From an uncultured delta proteobacterium (GTDB taxonomy: Bacteria > Desulfobacterota > Binatia > HRBIN30 > BPIQ01), in contig CAVXGR010000012.1 in NCBI GenBank assembly GCA_963761335.1, positions 64,001 to 128,000 of the forward strand: a stretch of DNA of 64,000 nucleotides, read 5' to 3'. Positions 28,986 through 41,192 of the stretch are shown here, piece by piece; the first letter of the stretch is position 1; each line of letters opens with the position of its first letter. The notes under the pieces are model-generated. The model made no database searches. It worked only from the letters and a program-made list of their open reading frames with translations, and was not told where the DNA came from. Position numbers and translations under genes: made by a program.

Positions 28986-29078
28986 CTTCGAACCTCCCCG
29001 GCACCAAAAGTTGGCACATATTGGCACACGGAGGGGGGTCGGGCAACTTCGCGATCGCGTAAGTACTTGAAAAATAAG

Positions 29079-29153
29079 TGCGCCCGGGGTGATTCGAACA
29101 CCCGACCTACTGGTTCGAAGCCAGCCGCTCTAGTCCGCCTGAGCTACGGGCGC
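29079..29153 (-). tRNA. tRNA-Arg (anticodon TCG), CCA not encoded
   Basis: GCGCCCG/CGGGCGC acceptor stem, GCTGG-CTTCGAA-CCAGT anticodon arm, GTTCGAATC T-loop. Confidence 0.92.
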
Positions 29154-29299
29154 GTGGTGAGGGGTTCCTTGTAGCAGGACGCGGAGTGGTTGCAATGGGC
29201 TACGTGGATGGTTGCCGGTTTGCGGGTTTCTCGGGTCGGTGGGTGTCGAGGTAGGTTGGATCTCCGGCCCTTGCGGCCAGGCTGGCCGCGGTCCCAGGC

Positions 29300-30709
29300 T
29301 CAGCGCTCGAGGGTCCAGGTGGTGCCGGTGGGGGAGTCCTCGAGGGCGACGCCGCGGGCTTTGAGCTGGTCGCGGATCTCGTCGGCGCGGTGGAAGTTCC
29401 GGGCCTTGCGGGCGGCGGCGCGCTCGGCGATGAGGTGCTCGATCTCTTCCGCCGAGAGCGATGCCTCCTCGAGATGGGCGTCGCGGCGGCGCGCGAGATA
29501 GTCGGCCGGGCGCTCCGCGGCGACCCCGAGGACGCCGGCGATGTCGGCGACGGCGCGGCGCAGCGGGGCGACCGCCTTGACGCTGCGGGCCGCATCGAGC
29601 TCGCGGTTCATGGCGCGCACCGTCTCGAAGACGATGCCGATGGCGCGCGCCGTGTTGAGGTCGTCGTCCATCGCCTCGATGAACTGCCGCTCCACCTCCT
29701 TGTCCGGATCGGCGATCGTCTGGCCGACGGCATCGTCGGCCCGCGCCAGGGTCTCGTAGATCCGCCGCAGCGCCCGGGCCGACTCCTCGAGGCGCTCCTC
29801 GGTGAAGTCGAGCGGGCTCCGGTAGTGCGTGCCCAGAGTGAACAGCCGCAGCGCCTCGCCGCCGACGCGCTGCGAGGCCTCCTGGACGGTGAGAAAGTTG
29901 CCGAGCGACTTCGACATCTTCTCATGGGCCACCGAGACCATGCCGTTGTGCACCCAGTAGCGCGCGAACGGACAGCCCTTGGCGCCCTCCGACTGGGCGA
30001 TCTCGTTCTCGTGATGGGGAAAGATCAGGTCGGTGCCGCCGCCGTGGATGTCGAACGGCTGCCCCAGATATTTTGCCGCCATCGCGGAGCACTCGATGTG
30101 CCACCCCGGCCGACCGGGGCCCCATGGACTGTCCCAGGCCGGCTCGCCCTCCTTGCTCGCCTTCCACAGGGCGAAGTCCATGGGAAAACGCTTGCGCTCG
30201 TCGACCTCGATGCGGGCCCCCGCCTGCATGTCCTCGAGACGCCGCTTCGACAGCTTGCCGTAGCCGGGGAAGCGATCGACGGCGAAGTAGACATCGCCGC
30301 CCGCGGCGTACGCCAGACCCTTGGCCTCGAGCTCGCGAATGAGCTCGATCATGTCGGCGATATGCTGCGTCGCCCGCGGCTCGATGGTCGGCGGCAGGCA
30401 GCCGAGCACCTTCACGTCCTCGGCGAAGGCGTGGATGTTGGCCTCGGCCAATGCCAGGGCATCGATGCCGCTGCTGCGGGCGCGGTTGATGATCTTGTCG
30501 TCGACGTCGGTGAAGTTGCGGACCAGGGTGACCTCGTAGCCGCTGTAGCGCAGATAGCGGAAGAGGACGTCGAAGGTCACCAGGGCACGCGCGTGGCCGA
30601 TGTGCGAGCGGTCGTAGACGGTGACCCCGCAGACGTACATGCCCACCTTGCCGGGAACCAGCGGGACGAACTCCTCGAGCTTTCCGGAGAGGGTGTTGTG
30701 GAGTCTCAT
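29300..30709 (-). CDS. cysS: Cysteine--tRNA ligase
   Basis: CGVTVY..HIGH, GRPGWHIECSAM, KMSKS. Confidence 0.97.
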   Translation of the reverse strand: MRLHNTLSGKLEEFVPLVPGKVGMYVCGVTVYDRSHIGHARALVTFDVLFRYLRYSGYEVTLVRNFTDVDDKIINRARSSGIDALALAEANIHAFAEDVKVLGCLPPTIEPRATQHIADMIELIRELEAKGLAYAAGGDVYFAVDRFPGYGKLSKRRLEDMQAGARIEVDERKRFPMDFALWKASKEGEPAWDSPWGPGRPGWHIECSAMAAKYLGQPFDIHGGGTDLIFPHHENEIAQSEGAKGCPFARYWVHNGMVSVAHEKMSKSLGNFLTVQEASQRVGGEALRLFTLGTHYRSPLDFTEERLEESARALRRIYETLARADDAVGQTIADPDKEVERQFIEAMDDDLNTARAIGIVFETVRAMNRELDAARSVKAVAPLRRAVADIAGVLGVAAERPADYLARRRDAHLEEASLSAEEIEHLIAERAAARKARNFHRADEIRDQLKARGVALEDSPTGTTWTLER

Positions 30710-30823
30710 GGAAGCAGGTTGTTAGGTTGTTGGGTTGTTGGGTTCCCGGGTTATCGTCGGGTTGGCCGTTCAGGATTGCTTACCCTAACAACCAACAACT
30801 CAACAACCAACAACCTGTCTTCC
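30710..30823. repeat. Intergenic imperfect inverted repeat built from GGTTGTT(G) units
   Basis: A GGTTGTT(G/A) array followed by a CAACAAC(C) array. Confidence 0.75.
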
Positions 30824-32770
<1,947 letters not shown>

Positions 32771-32900
32771 GATGCTCCCTCAGCGATGCGAGATGCCTTC
32801 CGTTTTTTCACGGGAGAGGAAGGGAGGTCAAGGCGGAGAGCGAGGTGTTGCGGTGTTGGGGTGTTGGGTGGTGAGGTTCGGACGGGCTGCTCGCTCGTCC

Positions 32901-32962
32901 CAGGTTGTTGGGTTGTTGGTTGTTAGGCCTTCGTGACCTGACAACCAACAACCAACAACCTG
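32901..32962. repeat. GGTTGTT/AACAACC hairpin just downstream of the Thr/Pro-rich gene
   Basis: CAGGTTGTTGGGTTGTTGGTTGTTAGG...CCTGACAACCAACAACCAACAACCTG. Confidence 0.75.
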
Positions 32963-32965
32963 CCC

Positions 32966-34258
32966 TTACCGCGTGCGGGCGCGGAAGCGGTCGAGGCCGT
33001 CGAGGATCAGATCGTCGATCTGGTAGGTGGACTCCCAGCAGACGGAGGTGATGTCGTTCACCAGCTGCACCTGAATCGGAGCGGTCAGGGGCAGGTGGGC
33101 GTCCGGCAGCAGGTCTCCTTGTCCATTCACGAGGAGGCGCGCCTTGTCTTGGTCACTGCCGCGCAGGAGAACCCGCTTGGCCCCGTCCCGCATCGCGTCC
33201 CTGTCCTTGTACTTGAAGCCCTTGCCGGGAATCAGCTTCCAACAGTCCTTGTTGTGGCATACGCCGCCCGGCGGAATGTGGATCTCGACCGTCGGCGAAC
33301 CGTCCTCGTAGAGGCAGAACGAGTAGCTGGTGGTGGTGATCGGGTCGCCGAACTCGGCCTGCGCCGTTGCCGGCACGTGTGACAGCTTCCACACGAGCTT
33401 CTTTTTGTTGTAGTCACGGATATAGAGAATGCTGCGCCCGGCGGTGCGGCAGCCCGACAGCGGTGTGGCCGGACAGAGAATTGTCTGGATGGGGGTCGCG
33501 GTGGCCGTGGGGGTGGGTGGCAGGGTCGCCGTGCGGGTCGCCGTCTGCGTCCGCGTTCCGGTCGCCGTCGGCGTATCCACCGGGGTCTCCGTCACCGTCG
33601 GCGTCGCTGTCTCGGTAGCGGTCTCGGTTACCGTCCCAGTGTTCGCCGGCGTCGAGGTCTGGCTCGCTGTCGGACTGAAGGTCGGAAGCGGCGTCAGCGT
33701 CGCCGTGTCGGCAGGCGTCGCCGTCGCCGTGTCGGCAGGGGTGGAGGTGGCGGTGTCGGCAGGCGTCGCCGTGCCGGTATCGGCCGCGGTTGCCGTCGCC
33801 GTGTTGACCGGAGTCGAGGTAGCCGTATCCGCCGGGACGCTGGTGGCGGTATCGGCAGGCGTCGGAGTGGCGGTATCCAGCGGCGTGCTGGTGGCGGTAT
33901 TCGCCGCCGTGGCGGTCGCCGTGTTCACCGGGGTGCTGGTGCCGGTATCCGCGGGGGTGGCGGTGGCGGTGTCGGCGGCAGTCGCGGTGGCGGTATTTGC
34001 CGGAGTCGCGGTCGAGGTGTCCGCCGGCGTCGCCGTGGACGTGTCGGCGGGAGTCGCCGTGGACGTGTCGGCGGGAGTCGCCGTGGCGGTATCGGCCGGC
34101 GTCTGCGTCGGCGTGTCCGCCGGCGTCTCGGTGGCGGTCTGCGCTGCCGCCGGAGCGCTCCAGCAGAGCAGCGTCGCACACAGCAGGGCGGTCCCCACGG
34201 TGATCGTGCACCGCCGGGTACCCCGCAGTTGCATCTGAGCCTGGATCGACATTTCCAT
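32966..34258 (-). CDS. Secreted protein with TPADTAT octapeptide-type repeats and a Cys-containing C-terminal domain
   Basis: Signal peptide ending AAAQ, ~230 aa Thr/Pro/Ala/Asp repeat, globular C-terminus. Start uncertain. Confidence 0.8.
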   Translation of the reverse strand: MEMSIQAQMQLRGTRRCTITVGTALLCATLLCWSAPAAAQTATETPADTPTQTPADTATATPADTSTATPADTSTATPADTSTATPANTATATAADTATATPADTGTSTPVNTATATAANTATSTPLDTATPTPADTATSVPADTATSTPVNTATATAADTGTATPADTATSTPADTATATPADTATLTPLPTFSPTASQTSTPANTGTVTETATETATPTVTETPVDTPTATGTRTQTATRTATLPPTPTATATPIQTILCPATPLSGCRTAGRSILYIRDYNKKKLVWKLSHVPATAQAEFGDPITTTSYSFCLYEDGSPTVEIHIPPGGVCHNKDCWKLIPGKGFKYKDRDAMRDGAKRVLLRGSDQDKARLLVNGQGDLLPDAHLPLTAPIQVQLVNDITSVCWESTYQIDDLILDGLDRFRARTR

Positions 34259-34520
34259 CCCCCAAAAGTCCCCGCCGGCGGACTCTGATCGAAGCGCGTG
34301 GCCCGATTCCCCCGAATTCGAGCCCGCCGCCGGCGGCGAGTATTGTGAATCTGAAGCTCCAACCGTAGTCGATGCCCATCTCTCAATCAATGAAAAGTTG
34401 CGCCGGGGACCTCCTTGCCCGCGATTGAGCCTCTAAGCGTCTGTCCGGCGCGCCATTTTTTCGTTGCGCCACCTGTCCGGCATGACTAGAAGGGCCCAGA
34501 AGCCCGGACGAACAACACCA

Positions 34521-34931
34521 GTGATCAGCCAACGAACGGAGCCGCGTGATAGGGCACTCATCCTGGTGGTCGAGCGGGATCCCAATGTCCGCGCCTTGGA
34601 GCGCTACTTCCTCGAGCAAGCGGGGTACTCCGTGGTCTTCAGCGAAGACGGGAAGCAGGCGCTCGCCGAGGCTCGACGCTTGGCCCCCCGCATCCTGATC
34701 TCCGAAATTCTGGTGCCTCGCGTTGACGGACTGAGCGTCTGCCGTGCCATCAAGGGCGACCCGGCGACATGTCAGACTGCTGTGCTGATCTTCAGCATCC
34801 TCGCCGCCGAGGATCGTGCCCTGGAAGCCGGTGCCGACGCCTTCCTGCGCAAACCCGTCAACGACCAGCTTCTGGTCGACACGGTGGAACAGCTGCTGGC
34901 GCGCTTCCGAGAAGGGAGGGCGATCGAATGA
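34521..34931 (+). CDS. Single-domain response regulator (atypical receiver)
   Basis: ILVVERD, LISEILVPRVDG, GADAFLRKP. The phosphoacceptor Asp position reads Glu. Confidence 0.85.
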   Translation: MISQRTEPRDRALILVVERDPNVRALERYFLEQAGYSVVFSEDGKQALAEARRLAPRILISEILVPRVDGLSVCRAIKGDPATCQTAVLIFSILAAEDRALEAGADAFLRKPVNDQLLVDTVEQLLARFREGRAIE

Positions 34932-36295
34932 GGCGAATCAGCACCGGAAACATCCACGCCGATCTCATCCTCGACGGCGGCTTTCCGGCCAACTCCATCA
35001 ATATCATCATGGGGCATCCGGGAGTCGGCAAGACGATCTTCGCCGAGCAGTTGGCCTTTACCAACGCTACTCCCGAGCGTCCGGTTCTCTACCTGACGAC
35101 CCTCTCCGAGCCGCTCGACAAGTTCATTGTCTACCTCCAGGAGTACACCTTTGCCGACGCCACCCGCATCGGCACCGAGATCATTTACGAGAGCCTGAGC
35201 GAGCGCCTGATGGAGGCACCGGAGCAGGCGGCGCAAATGTTGCTGGACCTCGTGCAGGAATACCGGCCGCGGCTGATCATCATCGACTCGTTCCGTGCCA
35301 TCGGCGCCCTCATGCCGGATCTGGCGACCTGGCGCCGGGTGCTCTACCAGCTGGCGGGCGTGCTCAGCGCCTACGACGCCACCAGCTTCTGGGTCGGGGA
35401 GTACGACAACGAGAGTGTTTCGGAGCTGCCCGAGTTCGCCGTCGCCGACGGCATCCTCGAGCTGGTGCGCGAGCAAAGCGGCAGCCGCGACGAGCGCCGC
35501 CTGCGCGTCGTCAAGCTGCGCGGCAGCGCCTTTCGCGACGGCTATCACTCGGTTTGCCTGACGCGGGCCGGGTTGGAGGTTTACCCACGCATGGTCACCC
35601 CCTTCCAGGGGCCGCACTACACGGCGCGGTCGGAACGCCTGCACACCGGAATCGGCGGTCTCGATGCCATGATCGAGAGCGGCTGGCTGCGCGGCACCTC
35701 GACCCTGGTCCTCGGCCCCTCGGGTGCCGGCAAGACGGTGCTGAGCTTGCATTTTCTTCGCGAAGGGGCGCGGCGCGGCGAGCCGGGGCTGCTGGTGAGC
35801 TTCCAGGAGAACCCGACGCAAATGGGGCGCATCATGGAGCACTTCGGCTGGCAGCCGGACACCCTGGTCGCGCCCGACAAGCTCGACATCTTCTACAACT
35901 CCCCGGTGGAGCTGCAGATCGACACGATTCTCACCGAGATGTTCCGCCGCGTCGAGCGCAATCGTGTCCGCCGGGTGGTCATCGACGCCATCGGCGATCT
36001 GGAAAGGTGTGCCCGCGATCAAAACCGCTTCCGCGACTACATGTATGCCCTCACCCAGCAGCTGGCGGCACAGGACATCACCGCAATGATCTGCGTCGAG
36101 ACCCCTGGTCTGAACGATCGCGCCGTCACCCAGGGCAAGGACATCTCGGCCATGGGCGACAACATCCTGCGGCTCGAAATGCACATGGGCGACGAGCTGG
36201 TGCGTACCATCCGCGTGATCAAGAGCCGCGGCAGCGCCCACGACAACAAGCGCCACGTGCTGCATATCACCGGGCAGGGAATACGGGTAGACTGA
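34928..36295 (+). CDS. KaiC-like double-domain RecA-superfamily ATPase
   Basis: Two Walker A motifs GHPGVGKT and GPSGAGKT. KLRGS and KSRGS arginine fingers. Confidence 0.9.
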   Translation: MRRISTGNIHADLILDGGFPANSINIIMGHPGVGKTIFAEQLAFTNATPERPVLYLTTLSEPLDKFIVYLQEYTFADATRIGTEIIYESLSERLMEAPEQAAQMLLDLVQEYRPRLIIIDSFRAIGALMPDLATWRRVLYQLAGVLSAYDATSFWVGEYDNESVSELPEFAVADGILELVREQSGSRDERRLRVVKLRGSAFRDGYHSVCLTRAGLEVYPRMVTPFQGPHYTARSERLHTGIGGLDAMIESGWLRGTSTLVLGPSGAGKTVLSLHFLREGARRGEPGLLVSFQENPTQMGRIMEHFGWQPDTLVAPDKLDIFYNSPVELQIDTILTEMFRRVERNRVRRVVIDAIGDLERCARDQNRFRDYMYALTQQLAAQDITAMICVETPGLNDRAVTQGKDISAMGDNILRLEMHMGDELVRTIRVIKSRGSAHDNKRHVLHITGQGIRVD

Positions 36296-36307
36296 CACCT
36301 GTACGCC

Positions 36308-37978
36308 ATGACCCATGCGAAACGCCTGCGCGAGCTAGTCGCCATCAACCGAGCCATTGCCGGCTCGCTCGAATACGACGAGGTGCTGCGTTTGGTGGTC
36401 GAGGAGACCGCGGAGTTCACCGGCTGCCCGGTCTGTGTCCTGCTGCTCGCCGGCGACGACAACTTGGCGCGGGTTGCCGCTGCCTGCGGCATCGATGCCG
36501 AGACGCGGGAGAAGTTCGCCGCGCCTCTGAACGAGGCGATCGGCGAGCGCCTGCGCGTGCGGCTCGGCGCCGGGCAGCGCGACGCCTTCATCGGCGTGCC
36601 GGTGATGGGCCACGGCCGCGTACGCGGGATCCTCGCCGCCTATCGCCGCGACGCATCGCCGATCAATCGCGAAGAGGAGTTTCTGCTCTCGGCGCTGGCA
36701 GACCAGGCGGCAATCGCCCTGGAACACGCCCAGCATTTCGACAGCATCCGGCGCGAGCTCGAGGAGCGAACCCGCCAGCGGCAGCAGGCGGAGTTGGAGC
36801 GCCTTCTCGAGATGGAGAGGACGCAGGCGCTGCTCGAGGACGCCAGCCGCCGCAAAGACGAGTTTCTCGCCATGCTGGCGCACGAGCTCCGCAACCCGCT
36901 CGCTCCGATCCGCAATGCCGTCCAGGTGATGCGTCTGATGGGAAACGCGACGGCACAGGCCTCGGAGGCCCGAGACATCATCGATCGCCAGGTGGAGCAC
37001 ATGGCCAAGCTGGTCGACGACCTGCTCGACGTCTCCCGCATCACCCGGGGGAAATTCCTGCTGCGCAGCGAGGGGCTCGACCTCGCTTGGCTGTTGCGCA
37101 CCACCGTCGAGGATCACCTGGTGACACTACACAAGTCGGGTCTGGCGACCGACGTGGAGATCTGCCGCGATCCCGTATGGGTGGCTGGCGATCGCACTCG
37201 CCTGTCTCAGGTGATCGGCAACCTGCTGCAGAACGCCGTGAAGTTCACCAACGCCGGAGGCCGCGTGTCGATTCAGCTGACTGTCGATGAAGCGAGCCAG
37301 CAAGCGGTGATCCGTATTGCCGACACCGGTATCGGCATCGGGCCTGAAATGATCGCCCACGTCTTCGAGCCCTTCAGCCAGGCGGACCGCAGCGTCGATC
37401 GCAGCCGCGGCGGTCTGGGACTGGGACTGTCATTGGTCAAGGGGCTGGTCGAGCTCCACGGCGGCACTGTCGAGGTGTGCAGCGGCGGCCTCGGTACGGG
37501 AGCCGCGTTCACTGTGCGCCTGCCCTTCAGCGAGGACGCACCACAAACGGCCACCACCCCGGCAACGCCGGTGAGGACGCCGTCGCCGCGTCGCATATTG
37601 ATCATCGAAGACAACATCGACTCCGCCAACAGCATGGCCGTCCTTCTCGGGCTCGGCGGGCATCGCGTCATGGTGGCGCATACCGGAGAGCAGGGGATCG
37701 AGGTGGCACACGAGATGGCTCCGCACGTCGTGTTCTGTGACATCGGTCTACCCGGCTCCAAGGATGGTTATGCCGTCGCCCGCGCCCTGCGCGCCGATCC
37801 GCGCCTGCGGGAGACCTGGCTGGTGGCGCTCACCGGCTACGGCCAGGAAGAAGATCAGAGGCGGTCGATCCGGGCTGGCTTCGACCTCCACCTCACCAAG
37901 CCGGTATCGCCGCAACGCCTGGGCGAGATCCTCGGCCGGGCACCAATGACCGCCTCGCCGTTCAAAATGGGAGGATGA
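36308..37978 (+). CDS. Hybrid sensor histidine kinase (GAF-HisKA-HATPase-REC)
   Basis: FLAMLAHELRNPL, NAVKFT, DTGIG, GGLGLGL, C-terminal receiver. Confidence 0.93.
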   Translation: MTHAKRLRELVAINRAIAGSLEYDEVLRLVVEETAEFTGCPVCVLLLAGDDNLARVAAACGIDAETREKFAAPLNEAIGERLRVRLGAGQRDAFIGVPVMGHGRVRGILAAYRRDASPINREEEFLLSALADQAAIALEHAQHFDSIRRELEERTRQRQQAELERLLEMERTQALLEDASRRKDEFLAMLAHELRNPLAPIRNAVQVMRLMGNATAQASEARDIIDRQVEHMAKLVDDLLDVSRITRGKFLLRSEGLDLAWLLRTTVEDHLVTLHKSGLATDVEICRDPVWVAGDRTRLSQVIGNLLQNAVKFTNAGGRVSIQLTVDEASQQAVIRIADTGIGIGPEMIAHVFEPFSQADRSVDRSRGGLGLGLSLVKGLVELHGGTVEVCSGGLGTGAAFTVRLPFSEDAPQTATTPATPVRTPSPRRILIIEDNIDSANSMAVLLGLGGHRVMVAHTGEQGIEVAHEMAPHVVFCDIGLPGSKDGYAVARALRADPRLRETWLVALTGYGQEEDQRRSIRAGFDLHLTKPVSPQRLGEILGRAPMTASPFKMGG

Positions 37979-38255
37979 GCCCCCGGGGCTGTCAACTCAA
38001 GCCCCCTCCAGCCACTGCTGAATCTCCAGCCACAGGGCGTGGAGCATGAGGGGCAGGCGGCCATCGAGCTCGAAGCCTGGATGCGCCCGGCGAGCGCGGC
38101 CGCTACTCGCTGCCGCTCATCGACGGAGACGGTGCGGGGAGCGCCGGCGGAGCGCTGGTCATGGACGCCCCTGAAACCATCCGGGCAGTGGTGCGTGAGC
38201 TGCGCGCCGGTGCTAGAGTTGCCGACGTGAGCGCTCGCCTTCACACGGATTCCTG

Positions 38256-38990
38256 ATGTTCGGTCTCGACGCGATCATGGCGCGGGCCGGCGGCCATGGC
38301 GGTCTGGCAATGGCGTTCGTGGTGGCGCTGCTCCTCGGCCTGCGTCATGCCACCGATCCCGACCATCTGACGGCAGTGTCGACGCTGATCCTCGGCGACC
38401 GGCGCCATGGCACGCGGCGCGCGAGCACCCTGGGCTTCGTCTGGGGAATGGGCCACGCCGTCACCCTCCTCGCCCTGGGTCTGCCGGTCATCGCCTTCGG
38501 CCCCTACCTGCCCGCGGCGGTGCATCGCGCCGCCGAGATGACCATCGGCGCCCTCATCGCCGTGCTCTCGGCGCGGCTGCTGCTGCGCTGGTGGCAAGGG
38601 GCCTTTCACGCGCACGCGCACGAGCACGACGGCGTGCAGCACGCCCATCCGCACGCGCACGCCGGCGCCGGCGCTGACGCCCACGCGCACATGCACGCCG
38701 AGGATCTCGGTCGATCGCTGCCGGCGTCGTTCGGTATCGGCATGATCCACGGAATCGGGGGCTCCGCGGGCGCGGCGATTCTGTTGCTGGCTTCCTTTCC
38801 GAGCCGTGTCCAGGGCGCCGCGGCGCTGGTGGTGTTCGCCGTCGGCACGGCGCTCTCCATGGGCATCATGTCCTCCGCCCTCGGCTACGCCCTGGTGCGC
38901 AACCGCAGCGGCCGTCATTTCCGCCGCCTGATCCCCGTCTTCGGCGCTCTCGGCCTCCTCTTCGGTGTGTGGTACGGTCTGCGGGCCTGA
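38256..38990 (+). CDS. UreH/NiCoT-like nickel/cobalt transporter
   Basis: [13 protein letters not shown], His-rich loop, GMIHGIGGS, multiple TM helices. Confidence 0.85.
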   Translation: MFGLDAIMARAGGHGGLAMAFVVALLLGLRHATDPDHLTAVSTLILGDRRHGTRRASTLGFVWGMGHAVTLLALGLPVIAFGPYLPAAVHRAAEMTIGALIAVLSARLLLRWWQGAFHAHAHEHDGVQHAHPHAHAGAGADAHAHMHAEDLGRSLPASFGIGMIHGIGGSAGAAILLLASFPSRVQGAAALVVFAVGTALSMGIMSSALGYALVRNRSGRHFRRLIPVFGALGLLFGVWYGLRA

Positions 38991-39036
38991 GCGCCGTCCA
39001 GCGGCGCCGGGATCTCGCAGAAGGAGGAGAGAAGCC

Positions 39037-39990
39037 ATGTCACGGGTGTTTGCCGACAACTCGCGATCGATCGGGGGGACGCCTCTGGTGCAGCTGACGC
39101 GCGTCAGTGCCGGCGGCGGGGCGCGCGTCTTCGCCAAGGTCGAAGGACGCAACCCGGCGTACTCGGTCAAGTGCCGGATCGGCGCCTCGATGGTCTGGGA
39201 CGCCGAGGAGCGCGGCGTTCTCCGCCCCGGCGTCCAGGTCGTCGAGCCGACCAGCGGCAACACCGGCATCGCTCTCGCCTTCGTCTGCGCCTCGCGCGGC
39301 TATCGGCTGACGCTGACCATGCCCGAGACCATGAGCCTGGAGCGCCGCAAGGTGCTGCAGGCGTTCGGCGCCCACCTGGTGCTGACCCCCGGAGCCGAGG
39401 GCATGCGCGGCGCCATTCGCGCCGCCGAGGAGATCGCCGCCGCCGATGCGGAGAAGTGGTTCATGCCGCAGCAGTTCCAGAACCCCGCCAATCCGGCCAT
39501 CCACGAGCGCACCACCGGCCCGGAGATCTGGGAGGACACCGGCGGCGAGGTGGACGTGCTGGTCTCGGGCGTGGGCACCGGGGGAACGATCAGCGGCGTC
39601 TCGCGGTACATCAAGCGAGCCCAGCACAAGCCGATTCTCAGCGTCGCCGTCGAGCCGGCCAACAGCCCGGTGATCTCGCAGACGCTCGCCGGCAAGGAGC
39701 CGCGCCCCGGCGCCCACAAGATCCAGGGAATCGGCGCCGGCTTCATCCCCGACACCCTCGACCTGAGCATGGTCGACCGCGTCGAGACGGTCGCCGACGA
39801 CGAGGCGCTGGAGATGGCCCGGCGCCTGGCGCGCGAGGAAGGGATTCTCAGCGGCATCTCCTGCGGCGCCGCCGCCGCGGTCGCCGTCCGCCTCGGTCGA
39901 CTCGAGGAGTTTGCCGGCAAGACCATCGTCGCCGTCCTCCCGGACTCGGGCGAGCGCTATCTATCGACGGTTCTCTTCGAGGGAATATAG
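39037..39990 (+). CDS. cysK: Cysteine synthase A
   Basis: [44 protein letters not shown]. Confidence 0.95.
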   Translation: MSRVFADNSRSIGGTPLVQLTRVSAGGGARVFAKVEGRNPAYSVKCRIGASMVWDAEERGVLRPGVQVVEPTSGNTGIALAFVCASRGYRLTLTMPETMSLERRKVLQAFGAHLVLTPGAEGMRGAIRAAEEIAAADAEKWFMPQQFQNPANPAIHERTTGPEIWEDTGGEVDVLVSGVGTGGTISGVSRYIKRAQHKPILSVAVEPANSPVISQTLAGKEPRPGAHKIQGIGAGFIPDTLDLSMVDRVETVADDEALEMARRLAREEGILSGISCGAAAAVAVRLGRLEEFAGKTIVAVLPDSGERYLSTVLFEGI

Positions 39991-40070
39991 GCCCTGGGAG
40001 CGCGGCCATCCTGGCCGCTTCCCTTTCTCCGGAAATTCCGGAAGCGGCCGGGACGGCCGCGCTCCCAAGG

Positions 40071-40952
40071 TCACCCGAGAATATCCGCGACGCGGCTCAC
40101 CTCGTCCGGATCCGAAGTGGTGGGCACCAGCAGCAGCTCGTCGGTGCCCAGATCGGCGAGCATGCGGGCCGCCTCGCGCAGTGCGGTCGCCGAGTCCGCG
40201 CGCACCGTCGGCGCCAGCGCCCGCGCCGTCTCGGCGCCGAAGAAATTCAAGTATCGCTCGAGGTATTCATCGAGCTGCCGGCGGGCCTGGGCACCGAGGG
40301 CGAACCAGAAGCTCATCACCAGGCGCGGCGGGGCAGGGCGCGCCGCCACCTCCCAGACGCGCCGGGCGGTGGCCCAGGCGACCTCGACTTCCTGCGCCGA
40401 CGGTCCGAAGCTGAAGCCGCAGATGCCGTCGGCCCAGCGCGCCGCACGCCGCATCGATTGCGGCGCCAGGGCGCCGGCGAGTAGCTCGGGTCCGCCCGGC
40501 TGCAGCGGCAGCGGCTCGACCGGGCGAAGAGCGCCCTCGACGGTGTTTTCCCCCGCCCACACGCGCCGCATGCGGGCGATCTGCGTCTCCATGAGCCGCA
40601 GGCGATTGCCCTCGCAGGGGGCGTCCAGTGCCCGGTAATCCTCGAGGCGCGCGCCGACGCCGATGCCGAGGGTGACGCGTCCGCCGGAGAGAACGTCGAG
40701 AGTGGCAACCTGCTTGGCGATCAGCACCGGGCTGTGCATCGGTAGGACGACGACGGTGAGCGCCAGCCGCACGCGCTGGGTCATCGCCGCCGCCGCCCCC
40801 ATGGTCACCATCAGCTCCGGGTTCGGAAAGGTGATGCGCTCGCCGGCCGCCAGGCTGGAGTACGGCCCCGCGTCGACGCGCCGCACCCACTCGAGAATGG
40901 TATCGCGATCGAGGCCGGGCACCATCACCGGCAGGTTCATTCCGATCTTCAT
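40071..40952 (-). CDS. LLM-class flavin-dependent oxidoreductase
   Basis: AKQVATLDVLSGGR..LGIGVG, RRAARWADG. Confidence 0.9.
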   Translation of the reverse strand: MKIGMNLPVMVPGLDRDTILEWVRRVDAGPYSSLAAGERITFPNPELMVTMGAAAAMTQRVRLALTVVVLPMHSPVLIAKQVATLDVLSGGRVTLGIGVGARLEDYRALDAPCEGNRLRLMETQIARMRRVWAGENTVEGALRPVEPLPLQPGGPELLAGALAPQSMRRAARWADGICGFSFGPSAQEVEVAWATARRVWEVAARPAPPRLVMSFWFALGAQARRQLDEYLERYLNFFGAETARALAPTVRADSATALREAARMLADLGTDELLLVPTTSDPDEVSRVADILG

Positions 40953-41080
40953 GCGCCCTCCGCCGCCATCGGCTGCTCGTAGGCCGCGGGGCTGCGTCGT
41001 GTCAACGGCGAACGGGAATCGACCCGTAAGGGCACCGACCTCGGCGAGGCGGAAGACCCGGCTGTCTCAAAACCGCGCCT

Positions 41081-41166
41081 GCGCCCCTGGCGGGGCGCAT
41101 TGGGGAAGGCCAACGCCGTTCCCCGGGTTGACACCCGGGGCTACATGCCCGCGCCGCTCCGCGGCG
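41081..41166. repeat. GTAG-type REP-like palindromic element
   Basis: CCCCGGGTTGACACCCGGGGCTAC plus a second hairpin. Near-identical to 43841-43886. Confidence 0.75.
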
Positions 41167-41192
41167 ACAAACGCCAGAACCGCAGGACGCCG

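Larger units (their letters stand above)
1..29078. mobile_element. Integrative defence island at tRNA-Arg, left boundary outside window
   Basis: Integrase next to the tRNA 3' end, clustered defence genes, IS debris and lower-GC patches. Housekeeping genes begin right of the tRNA. Confidence 0.8.

Noticed and set aside
33480..34140. 24-bp-period DNA repeats (and 59390-60420) as a non-coding array
   Set aside because: They are degenerate at third codon positions and encode Thr/Pro linkers inside secreted proteins.
34769..36295. Circadian clock locus
   Set aside because: No kaiA or kaiB nearby. The context is a two-component signalling operon. The ORF-track start is also too far upstream (real start 34928).
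38039..38230. 63-aa ORF upstream of the nickel transporter
   Set aside because: No motif or clear RBS, so it cannot be supported as a gene.
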